NCBI GenBank assembly: GCA_965262785.1
Contig: OZ253559.1
Coordinates: forward strand, 923,571 to 987,570
Reading direction: 5' to 3'
DNA: 64,000 nucleotides
From: Rhodothermales bacterium
GTDB taxonomy: Bacteria > Bacteroidota > Rhodothermia > Rhodothermales > Bin80
The notes beneath the pieces were generated by a model. The model had not been told where the DNA came from. It made no database searches and saw nothing but the letters and a program-made list of their open reading frames with translations. Of this stretch, positions 38,223 to 46,962 are shown one piece after another; the stretch's first letter is position 1; the number at the start of each line of letters is the position of its first letter. The translations under genes were made by a program, and so were the position numbers.

Positions 38223-40574
38223 CTAGAACAGAAGTCGGTATGTCAGCCGGATATCCCGCCCCGGCAGTGGAACGAGATCCTTCAGGAATGAAGTATGCGG
38301 CCGGGCAACGGCATTGGTCAGGTTGCGACCCTGCAGGGAAATCACGTGGCCCGTGACGGTTTGGAAGAACCGGTATTGAATGGCCGCGCCCAAGTCTATA
38401 TAACTGTCGGTAGTTTCCTCGAATTGTGCGACACGCTTTTGTGCGCTTACGGACTTGATTGAGGCGCTGAATTCCAACGAGCCGGTGTCAAAGGTCATTT
38501 CGCCACCGACTCTAAGTGGCGGGATCCGCGGCAGCGGCTCGTCATTGATGGACCGCTGCGCGCGCGTATAGTCACTCATGAGGCGCAAGGCCACATGGTG
38601 ATAGCCCTCATGATACAACTCGAATTCGGCTTCTACCTCGAAACCTCTGAAGGAGGCCTCCCCCTGCGACACGCGATACACCGCCGCTCCGTCCTCTGTG
38701 TCCTGCGTGTGACGTAGATAGATGAAGTCTGAGTACTGGTTGGAGAAAACCGAAGCCGTGGCTTCAAACCGATCGTGATGCACATGGGCGGACAAGTCAA
38801 CGCTTAAGGCCGTTTCGACGCCAAGGTCTTCGTCGCCGACCTCGAACGCTTGGGTAGCAACATGGAGGCCGTGGGCATAGAGTTCGCCCGGGTGCGGAAA
38901 TTTGATGCTCCTAGCCACGCCAATCGACACGGACACGTCATCGGTGTACTGATAGTTGACGCCTCCCCCAACAGAAACAGCGGAAAAGGTCCGATTTCTT
39001 CCCTGGTCCGGCGAGATGTTGGCACGCTCGTAGCGCAAGCCGCCTTCCAGTCCAAAGGCGCCCGTGTTCAGCCGCTCAAGCAGGAACAGGGATGCCCGGC
39101 TGGTTGAGGATCCGGGCATGAATGCCTCGTGGCCTGTCAGCGTCAGTGTTCGCCGGTCCAACTGCATGCCTACGACTCCGTTGAATCCAGCGGCAAGGAC
39201 ATGATCCATCTCCAGGCGGCCCTCAATCAAATCATTTTCGAAGGTGGTTCCCACTTCACCGCCTTCTAACTCATCGTGCGCGTAGGCTGAGGAGCCAAGT
39301 CGAAAGCGCAGGCCTCGCAGAAAATCCCCGTGCGCGCGCCAGTGCCCTTCCAGGTCAACGGATATCTGCCCCATGTCGACGCGAACATCTTCATCTTGTT
39401 CTTCGTGACCATGACCCTCATCATCTTCTTCCTCCTCCTCTTCATGTTCGCCTTCTTCTTCGTGGTGCTCCCTGTGCCCCGGAAGCCCGTACTTAGTGCC
39501 GTGCAGCGTAATGGCTGCGCCGATGTAGCCCCAGGACTCAACATAGGACAGTCCTGCAGAGCCTCTGTTCAGCGAGACATTGCTGTTTGCGATTGAATTC
39601 ACAACTTCATCCTGATCATTATCGTTGTCGTGACTATTGCCATTTTCATCGTCGTGGTCCTCTTCCTCTACGATGCTTCCCTTGGGTACTCTGAATTCTT
39701 CCGTTGCCCGTGTCAGGCCGCTAAGGGCCCAGGCAAGGTTACCACGGCCACCGCGCAGCTTGAGCGCACCCGTGCGACCCCGCGAAACGGAGCTGAGACG
39801 CCCTGTAAACGTGCCCGAAATGACGCTGGTGGACTCTTCGCTCGGAACGCGGCCATCGTACAGGTTAACCACGCCACCGATTGCGCTGCTGCCATAGAGC
39901 AGTGTGGCCGGACCGCGAATGATTTCGATGCGATCAGTCAAGAGTGCCTCAACTGCCGGGGCGTGGTCCGGGCTGATGTCCGACACATCCGCAACCGTGA
40001 GGCCCTGCTGCAAGACGCTTACCCTATTGCCCCCTACGCCGCGAATGATCGGCCGACTGGAGCCTGGCCCGAAATAGGTAGCTGTGATTCCGACCTTATT
40101 TCTTAGGGTTTCGCCCAAGCTCCCCTCGCTGGCCTCAACCAGGTCCTGATGCGACAGTGCGTCGGCAGGTTGAACGGCACCTGAACGCGTCACCGCCACC
40201 GGTCCTGCTGACACGACGACTTCTTCCAGATCGACATGCACTACGACTTCAAGGGTGACCTCACTGGTCTGACCGTCTTTGACGGATACCTCCAGAATGC
40301 CACGCCCCCATCGTGGGCTGACTGCCTCCAGGATGTGCGCTCCATCAGGCAGATAGCTAAAAGAAAAGCTGGCTTCTTCGTCCACTTTGGTTAGGAGTCC
40401 CATCCCTACGACGCGGACCTCCGCATCCAGGGCCAGGTCACCGGCGGTGTTGTAGACAATGCCCTGAATATGCCCACCTTTCTGAGCCCAAGCGGTATTG
40501 GTACAGGCAGCGATTAGCGGAATGGCAAGCGCGACGCAAAAAAGTGCGCCGGTATATTGATTTTTGCAAAGCAT
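38223..40574 (-). CDS. TonB-dependent receptor, ZnuD-like, with expanded His/Asp/Glu-rich loops (copy B)
   Basis: 783 aa. Collinear paralog of 34955..37234. Loop tracts EEEDHDDENGNSHDNDNDQDE and GHREHHEEEGEHEEEEEEDDEGHGHEEQDED. Same ending RDIRLTYRLLF. Confidence 0.9.
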   Translation of the reverse strand: MLCKNQYTGALFCVALAIPLIAACTNTAWAQKGGHIQGIVYNTAGDLALDAEVRVVGMGLLTKVDEEASFSFSYLPDGAHILEAVSPRWGRGILEVSVKDGQTSEVTLEVVVHVDLEEVVVSAGPVAVTRSGAVQPADALSHQDLVEASEGSLGETLRNKVGITATYFGPGSSRPIIRGVGGNRVSVLQQGLTVADVSDISPDHAPAVEALLTDRIEIIRGPATLLYGSSAIGGVVNLYDGRVPSEESTSVISGTFTGRLSSVSRGRTGALKLRGGRGNLAWALSGLTRATEEFRVPKGSIVEEEDHDDENGNSHDNDNDQDEVVNSIANSNVSLNRGSAGLSYVESWGYIGAAITLHGTKYGLPGHREHHEEEGEHEEEEEEDDEGHGHEEQDEDVRVDMGQISVDLEGHWRAHGDFLRGLRFRLGSSAYAHDELEGGEVGTTFENDLIEGRLEMDHVLAAGFNGVVGMQLDRRTLTLTGHEAFMPGSSTSRASLFLLERLNTGAFGLEGGLRYERANISPDQGRNRTFSAVSVGGGVNYQYTDDVSVSIGVARSIKFPHPGELYAHGLHVATQAFEVGDEDLGVETALSVDLSAHVHHDRFEATASVFSNQYSDFIYLRHTQDTEDGAAVYRVSQGEASFRGFEVEAEFELYHEGYHHVALRLMSDYTRAQRSINDEPLPRIPPLRVGGEMTFDTGSLEFSASIKSVSAQKRVAQFEETTDSYIDLGAAIQYRFFQTVTGHVISLQGRNLTNAVARPHTSFLKDLVPLPGRDIRLTYRLLF

Positions 40575-40619
40575 GATGTCTGTCTGTCTGCGCCGCTGCC
40601 AGAGGACATCAGTACTGCG

Positions 40620-41039
40620 CTAAGCGTACAGCAAAGTAGCGGGCGCCCCGGCGGCGGCCGTGAATTGGAGTCTCACTGTGTGTGCTGACATGACTACCGG
40701 GGGGCCGCGAATAGACTTCGGCGAATGACGGACGAGCGCCACTGTGCCGGCCGGCGCCTTTGAAGCGCCTGCTTCGCCATGGAAGACCGCTGTTGACGCC
40801 AGCATAACCTGTGAAACGTCCAGGTCGCGCTGGCAGAGAAGGCAGTCTTCCTCGTCTAGAAACTCAAAGTCCGGATGCCAACCACCGTGCGTGTGGTCGC
40901 AGTCGAGACCATAATGCGCCGCAAGTTGATAACCGTGGTGGACGCGGTGCACGACCGGAAGCACGGTGCCGCCCAGCAGAAACGTCACCAGAAGGACGGC
41001 CGCACTCCTACAGACGGTATGGGTGTTTCCCAGACGCAC
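40620..41039 (-). CDS. Small membrane-anchored Cys/His-motif protein (copy B, 139 aa)
   Basis: GTG start at 41037-41039. TM segment AAVLLVTFLLGGTV, then VHRVHHGYQLAAHYGLDCDHTHGGWHPDFEFLDEEDCLLCQRD. It lies 45 nt upstream of receptor copy B. Confidence 0.6.
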   Translation of the reverse strand: MRLGNTHTVCRSAAVLLVTFLLGGTVLPVVHRVHHGYQLAAHYGLDCDHTHGGWHPDFEFLDEEDCLLCQRDLDVSQVMLASTAVFHGEAGASKAPAGTVALVRHSPKSIRGPPVVMSAHTVRLQFTAAAGAPATLLYA

Positions 41040-41044
41040 GAATT

Positions 41045-41070
41045 TCAGATAAGGAGCTCAGATAAGGAGC
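41045..41070. repeat. Perfect 13-bp tandem direct repeat (tcagataaggagc x2)
   Basis: Read directly: 41045..41057 equals 41058..41070. It lies 6 nt upstream (minus-strand sense) of the GTG start of the small Cys/His protein. A GGATCC-gat-GGATCC pair follows at 41083..41097. Confidence 0.9.
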
Positions 41071-41193
41071 AACAAGGCATGCGGATCCGATGGATCCCAC
41101 TTGAAAAGTATTACGAATCGCATGAGACAGGTTCCGATTCGCTAGTGAAATTCTTCCGCGTGTCGAATAACTTACGAAGACAATCGACACGGA

Positions 41194-42405
41194 ATGGACC
41201 CAGCGATCTTACTGGTTGGCACGCTAGACACCAAGGGGCGTGAGTTTGCCTTTGCACGCGAGCTGATAAATGCGCGTGGGATTCCCACGACCCTGATGGA
41301 TGCCGGTGTGCTCGGCGCGCCCGGCGCGGAGCCGGACATCGGCGCGGAGGCCGTCGCCCGCTCGGGTGGAGGGAGCCTTGAGGTCCTCAGGGCAGGTGGC
41401 GACCGTGGCGCAGCGCTGGATGTCATGACACGCGGCGCGTGTGCGCTGGCCGAAGAGCTGTACGGCCAACGGCGGCTCGCCGGGGTCCTGGGACTTGGAG
41501 GAAGCGGGGGCACGGCGATTGCTACCGCAGTCATGCGCGCGTTGCCGGTGGGCGTGCCCAAGGTCATGCTTTCCACCCTGGCATCCGGCGATGTGGGGCC
41601 GTATGTGGGGGCAATTGATATCGCGATGATGCATTCGGTGGTGGACATCGCGGGTCTGAACAGGATTTCGCGACCCATAATCGCCAATGCGGTGGGGGCG
41701 GTCTGCGGAATGGTGGAGCAGGATGTGCCAGCGAGCATGGACAAGCCGCTGATAGCGGCGACGATGTTTGGCGTCACGACGCCATGCGTGATGCGCCTGC
41801 AGCAGGCGATGGCGGAGGAAGGCTACGAGCTTGTCGTTTTCCACGCGACCGGCACCGGCGGACGTGCCATGGAAGCCCTGATCGATAGCGGGTTCTTCGT
41901 CGCGGTGGCGGACGTCACGACCACTGAATGGTGCGATGAAGTGGTGGGCGGCGTGCTGAGTGCGGGCCCGGATCGTTTGGGGGCCGCCGCGAGGAGCGGC
42001 ATCCCCCAGGTAGTGTCGTGTGGAGCGCTTGATATGGTGAACTTCCGCGGGCCGGACACCGTGCCAGTGCAGTTTCAGGCGCGCAACCTGTTCAAGCACA
42101 ACGCCAACGTGACGCTCATGCGCACGAGTCCGGCGGAGTGCCAGGTGATAGGAGAGCGCATTGCCCGGCAGATCAGCCGCGCAAAAGGGCCGGTCAAGCT
42201 TCTGCTTCCGCTACAGGGCGTGAGCGCAATTGACAAGGAGGGCAAGGCGTTTCATGACCCGGCGGCCGATGCGGCGCTCTTTGGTGCGCTGCGTAAGAAT
42301 GTGGCGGCGAGCGTGGAAGTGGTGGCGCTCGACCTTCACATCAACGATGAGGCCTTTGCGCTTTCCCTTGCGGAACACCTATTGGCACTCTTGGCCGCAA
42401 CCTGA
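41194..42405 (+). CDS. UPF0261 / Tm-1-like ATP-binding domain protein
   Basis: 403 aa. ILLVGTLDTKGREFAF.., MLSTLASGDV, ATMFGVTTPCV, VFHATGTGGRAMEAL and GIPQVVSCGALDMVNF are the UPF0261 family blocks as I remember them. Confidence 0.8.
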   Translation: MDPAILLVGTLDTKGREFAFARELINARGIPTTLMDAGVLGAPGAEPDIGAEAVARSGGGSLEVLRAGGDRGAALDVMTRGACALAEELYGQRRLAGVLGLGGSGGTAIATAVMRALPVGVPKVMLSTLASGDVGPYVGAIDIAMMHSVVDIAGLNRISRPIIANAVGAVCGMVEQDVPASMDKPLIAATMFGVTTPCVMRLQQAMAEEGYELVVFHATGTGGRAMEALIDSGFFVAVADVTTTEWCDEVVGGVLSAGPDRLGAAARSGIPQVVSCGALDMVNFRGPDTVPVQFQARNLFKHNANVTLMRTSPAECQVIGERIARQISRAKGPVKLLLPLQGVSAIDKEGKAFHDPAADAALFGALRKNVAASVEVVALDLHINDEAFALSLAEHLLALLAAT

Positions 42406-42511
42406 ACTACGGAGGACATGGCGTGTCGCCTTTACACGGCGCCGCACTATATTGCGACAAGGAAGCACGGCCCTTTGGAGCGCCGACGCTTGCCTGCAAA
42501 CGACAACAGGA

Positions 42512-42919
42512 ATGCAAAGTATTGGTAGCTGCAAGGTCGTCTATGGCGCCGATGTGGAAACGCTTGTATTCGACTGGGGCACGATCCGGATTCTGGGGGA
42601 GCCTGCGCTTACGGGGGGCACCACGATGACCTTTGCTGAGGTCGAAGTGCTGCCTGGCACGGGCCATGAACGTCATAAGCACGACGACGCGGATGAGGTC
42701 ATCTACGTCATTGAGGGGGAAGCGCTGCAGATGCTGGATGACCTGCCGCCGGTGCCAGTGGGTCCAGGTGCAAGCATATTCGTTCCGCGGGGTACCTTCC
42801 ATGGAACGCAGAACACGGGCCAGAACGTGCTGCGACTGGTAGTCGTCTACGCCCCTGCGGGCGAAGAAAAGGTACTGAGGGCGCTGCCAGGCGTGCGGCT
42901 CAAACCTGCCATACGATGA
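42512..42919 (+). CDS. Cupin domain protein
   Basis: The ATG at 42512 gives 135 aa. Cupin motif 1 is GHERHKHDDADEVIYVIEG and motif 2 is GTFHGTQN. The track ORF start at 42230 lies inside the previous gene. Confidence 0.7.
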   Translation: MQSIGSCKVVYGADVETLVFDWGTIRILGEPALTGGTTMTFAEVEVLPGTGHERHKHDDADEVIYVIEGEALQMLDDLPPVPVGPGASIFVPRGTFHGTQNTGQNVLRLVVVYAPAGEEKVLRALPGVRLKPAIR

Positions 42920-45900
42920 GACGCATACTTTTTTTGCTCATTTTTTGCGCTGCCTGCCAAGCGCCGCAGCCAGATGACCGGGTACCCCGCCGCATTGAGG
43001 TACTGTTTTTGGGGCACGAGAGCCAGCACCACGATGCCCAGACCTATGCGCCACTGCTGGCGTCGGCATTGGCCACGCACGGCATCAATATCTCCTACAC
43101 CAACGAGGTGTCATCGCTGAACAGGGAAACCCTTCAGCACTACGACGCGCTCCTGCTGTATGCCAACCACGACTCCATCACGAAGTCTCAGGAGCGGGCA
43201 TTGCTCGACTTTGTCGCCTCCGGCAAGGGCTTCTTGCCGGTACACGCTGCCAGCTACTGCTTCCGAAACTCGGACGCATTCGTGCAACTGGTAGGTGCGC
43301 AGTTTGAGAGCCACGGCACGGGCACGTTTGTTGCCGACATCGTGGCGCCGGACCACGCAGCAATGGTAGGCGTGGCGGCATTTGAGACATGGGACGAGAC
43401 GTATGAGCATACGCTGCACGGGGAGGACCGTACGATCCTGATGGAGCGCCGGGAAGGTGAGCATGCTGAGCCTTGGACCTGGACGCGCACGCACGGCAAG
43501 GGACGCGTATTTTATACGGCCTACGGACACGACGAACGCACGTGGAACAGCCCTGGGTTCCACGCACTGATGCGCCGCGGAATCCTGTGGGCGGTAGGTG
43601 ATCCTGTGCGGGCTTTGGCTGAAGCCTACGAAATAGCAGATCTGGGGTACATCCCGCACGACAGCATTCCCAACTATGAGCGGCGGGATCCGCCGCCGAT
43701 GTTCCAGTTGCCGCTGGGTCCGGAAGCCTCACAGCGGCACATTCAGATCCCGCCCGGCTTTTCACTGGAGGTCTTTGCTGCCGAGCCTGACATAGTGAAC
43801 CCTATGGCGATGGCCTGGGATGATAAAGGCCGTCTCTTTGTGATCGAAACAGTTGATTATCCCAATGCACGCAAGGACTGGCCCGATGGTGAAGACAGGA
43901 TCAAAATCCTGGAGGATACAGATGGCGACGGGCGGGCCGACACGGTAAAGGTGTTTGCCGATGGGTTAAGCGTCCCGACCAGCCTGACCTACGCCAAAGG
44001 CGGCTGGGTTGTGTCGCAGGCTCCAGACATGCTTTTTTTGAAGGATACCGACGGAGATGACCGCGCGGATGTGCGCGAGGTGCTCTTTACAGGCTTCGGC
44101 ACGTACGACACCCACGCGGGCCCGTCAAACCTGCGGTACGGCATTGACAACTGGATATGGGGCACGGTGGGGTACGCCGGCTTCAGGGGCGCTGTCGGCG
44201 CGGATTCTTTCCGTCTGGGTCAGGGAGTCTACCGCTTTTCGCCGGCAGGCGAACAGCTCGAACCCATAGCGACATTTACCAACAACACGTGGGGTCTGGG
44301 ATTCTCGGAGACATTCGACGTATTTGGTTCTACGGCCAACAACGAGCACAGCGTTTTTGTGGCCATCTTTGATCGCTACTACGCCGGGGTGCGGGGCCTT
44401 ACGGGCGATGGAAAGGTCAAGATTGATGGTCACTACGCCATTCGACCGGTAACGAAGAACATCCGCCAGGTTGATGTCTGGAACGGTCTCACGGCAGCGG
44501 CGGGCCACAGCCTTTACACTGCAAGAGACTTTCCGGAGGAATACTGGAATCGTATTGCTTTTGTCAGCGAGCCGACTGGGCATCTGCTGCATCAGGCTAT
44601 TGTTGAGCCCAGCGGCGCAGGCTATGCGGAGCGGGATGGTTGGAACCTCCTGGCAAGTAGCGACGAATGGGTTTCACCGGTTCAGGCGGAGGTGGGGCCG
44701 GATGGTGCAGTATGGATCCTCGATTGGTACAACTTCATTGTGCAGCACAACCCCACGCCGGAAGGCTTTGGCACCGGCGCAGGCAACGCGCACATCAATA
44801 TGTTGCGCGACAAGCAGCATGGTCGCATCTACCGGCTTGCCTACAAAGGCGCGGCGCCGGAGCCGTATCCCGAACTTAGCGGGGCCGAGGACCTGGTACA
44901 GGCGCTAAAGCACACGAACATGTTTTGGCGCACGGTGGCGCAGCGCCGAATCGTAGAGGGCGAGATGGTAGCTGCAGGGCCGGGCCTTGTCAGGCTTATC
45001 AAGTCGCGCGGAATGGATGAAGTCGGCCTAAACAGTCCCGCCGTGCACGCGCTATGGACGTTGCGCGGTCTGGGCCTTTTGAACGGCTCCGATCAGGCAG
45101 CGCTTTCGGCGGCGTACGGCGCCCTAGCGCATCCGGCTTCAGGAGTCCGGAAGAATGCCTTGCGCGTGGTGCCCCGCGACGCCGCATCGCTGCAGGCAAT
45201 CATGGATTCGGGCACCTTGGAAGACGAGGATCTTGGCGTTCGCCTTGCAGCGCTGTTAGCAGTGAGCGAAATGCCCCCGTCGGATGCAGCCGGACGGCGC
45301 CTCTACGCGATAAGCACTCACGAAGTAGCGAGGGAGGATGTTTGGCTTTCGGAGGCGCTGTACATTGCGGCCAGCGCGCATCGGGACGGCTTCCTTGCTG
45401 CCTATGCGGAAGATGAAGGGCAAGTCGACGCTGACGCGTTTGCTACTGCAGACTGGTCCGGCATGGACCTTGACGACAGCGACTGGCGGACCATGACGCT
45501 CCCCGTGGCATGGCGCCAAACCGAGCATCTGCAGTCCTTTGACGGCGTGGTTTGGTTCAGAAAGGAGGTGACACTGCCGGCCACCACGCACGCCCTATCG
45601 CTGGGCCTTGGCGGGATTTACGACAGCGATGTGGCGTACGTCAACGGGACGGTAGTCGGGGCATCCAAGAATGCATATGCCACCAAGCGGGCCTATTCCG
45701 TACCGCAGTCAGTCCTTCGCGAAGGGCGCAACGTGATTGCCATTCGCGTAGAAGACATCTTCGGAAATGGAGGTTTTCGGGGCGAACCTGAGGACTTGCA
45801 CCTGCGTGGCGGGGGCTTGGACATGCCCTTGGCCGAGGTATGGCGATACAAGGTTGAAACCGAGTATCCGGGCGGCAAGAAGGCCGACCTTAGCAGCCGC

Positions 45901-46335
45901 ATCCCGTTGGCGGCCCAGTTTGCACAGAGGCATCAGGAAGGCGCCGCCGGCGAAGAGGAAGACATTGCTGTATCTCAGGAGGTGGCGCTTTCGGTCTTGC
46001 CGGGTCTTTTGCGGTTTGATATGCCATCGTTTACGGTAACGGCTGGCACCATCGTGCGACTGACCTTCACCAATCCGGGTGACATGCCGCACAATACCGT
46101 GTTCATTGCGCCGGGCAGCACAGATGCTGTGGGGATGGCCGCGGACCGGCTGACCGCCGGTGATTACGTGCCGGACATGGAGGCGGTGCTCTTTGCTACG
46201 CCGATGCTGGATCCTGGCGGATCGGCCTCTAGAGTATTTGAGGCACCGGCGGAGCCGGGCGACTATCCGTACCTCTGCACCTTTCCCGGGCATTGGCGTC
46301 TGATGCAGGGTACGATGATTGTGACTGCCCCGTAG
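42916..46335 (+). CDS. Multidomain exported protein: ThuA-like + membrane-bound-dehydrogenase beta-propeller domain + HEAT repeats + jelly-roll domain + C-terminal cupredoxin
   Basis: 1139 aa with a lipoprotein-like signal (LLIFCAAC). ThuA blocks (LLLYANHD.., GKGFLPVHAA.., GRVFYTAYGH). Dehydrogenase-domain blocks (PPGFSLEVFAAEPDIVNPMAMAWDDKGRLFV, DGDGRAD). HEAT-like repeats lie at about aa 690-800. The C-terminal type-1 copper ligand pattern is H...C-x4-H-x4-M (MPHN ... YLCTFPGHWRLMQG). Confidence 0.8.
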   Translation: MRRILFLLIFCAACQAPQPDDRVPRRIEVLFLGHESQHHDAQTYAPLLASALATHGINISYTNEVSSLNRETLQHYDALLLYANHDSITKSQERALLDFVASGKGFLPVHAASYCFRNSDAFVQLVGAQFESHGTGTFVADIVAPDHAAMVGVAAFETWDETYEHTLHGEDRTILMERREGEHAEPWTWTRTHGKGRVFYTAYGHDERTWNSPGFHALMRRGILWAVGDPVRALAEAYEIADLGYIPHDSIPNYERRDPPPMFQLPLGPEASQRHIQIPPGFSLEVFAAEPDIVNPMAMAWDDKGRLFVIETVDYPNARKDWPDGEDRIKILEDTDGDGRADTVKVFADGLSVPTSLTYAKGGWVVSQAPDMLFLKDTDGDDRADVREVLFTGFGTYDTHAGPSNLRYGIDNWIWGTVGYAGFRGAVGADSFRLGQGVYRFSPAGEQLEPIATFTNNTWGLGFSETFDVFGSTANNEHSVFVAIFDRYYAGVRGLTGDGKVKIDGHYAIRPVTKNIRQVDVWNGLTAAAGHSLYTARDFPEEYWNRIAFVSEPTGHLLHQAIVEPSGAGYAERDGWNLLASSDEWVSPVQAEVGPDGAVWILDWYNFIVQHNPTPEGFGTGAGNAHINMLRDKQHGRIYRLAYKGAAPEPYPELSGAEDLVQALKHTNMFWRTVAQRRIVEGEMVAAGPGLVRLIKSRGMDEVGLNSPAVHALWTLRGLGLLNGSDQAALSAAYGALAHPASGVRKNALRVVPRDAASLQAIMDSGTLEDEDLGVRLAALLAVSEMPPSDAAGRRLYAISTHEVAREDVWLSEALYIAASAHRDGFLAAYAEDEGQVDADAFATADWSGMDLDDSDWRTMTLPVAWRQTEHLQSFDGVVWFRKEVTLPATTHALSLGLGGIYDSDVAYVNGTVVGASKNAYATKRAYSVPQSVLREGRNVIAIRVEDIFGNGGFRGEPEDLHLRGGGLDMPLAEVWRYKVETEYPGGKKADLSSRIPLAAQFAQRHQEGAAGEEEDIAVSQEVALSVLPGLLRFDMPSFTVTAGTIVRLTFTNPGDMPHNTVFIAPGSTDAVGMAADRLTAGDYVPDMEAVLFATPMLDPGGSASRVFEAPAEPGDYPYLCTFPGHWRLMQGTMIVTAP

Positions 46336-46962
46336 CGCAGATACCCGACCGAGAGGCGCGCGCTCCCTGCACGAATTCGTGGCTTCGCCTGATGCATTCA
46401 AATGCCAGCGCGAACAATTCAAAAAGGTCGGGAGTGCAGGGCGGCGAGGCACCCGCTGTACATGGTTGCCGCTCAGGTGCCAGCTTTGTCAGGTACGGCC
46501 GCATGTGAATCACGAACATCAGGTCCGGGCGAAGCACAAGATCCACCCCCAGTGCAAAAAGGGCGCAGGGCGGGCACAAATGTGCCTCGTCTCAAGATTA
46601 CGGACAGCCTACTCGTATTCCGTCCCGAGAGAATGTGCGATTCTGCAGGACAACCCATTTTATCAGTCGGGTCGGTAAGATGGTAGCCTGCAAGAGATCA
46701 AACAGGGCCAATTGCGCTGCTTTGCTGGCGACGGTGTAGCATTCGGGACCTAGAGGCCTCACGTTTGACTACGCAACAGGCCTAGCCTTCAGCTCATTTG
46801 GTGGCGTGCGCGTAGAGTGCCCCCGTGCCTGTGGCCGCGCCGCGCTCCAAAGTCCTTGGCTACCTCCCATCTCGTGTGGAGTAAGCGAATGGTCTGATGA
46901 GCATAATGCCGAAGATAGCGACCTGACAAAAGGCGGCGCGGAGCTGCGACCTTGCGAGCGAA

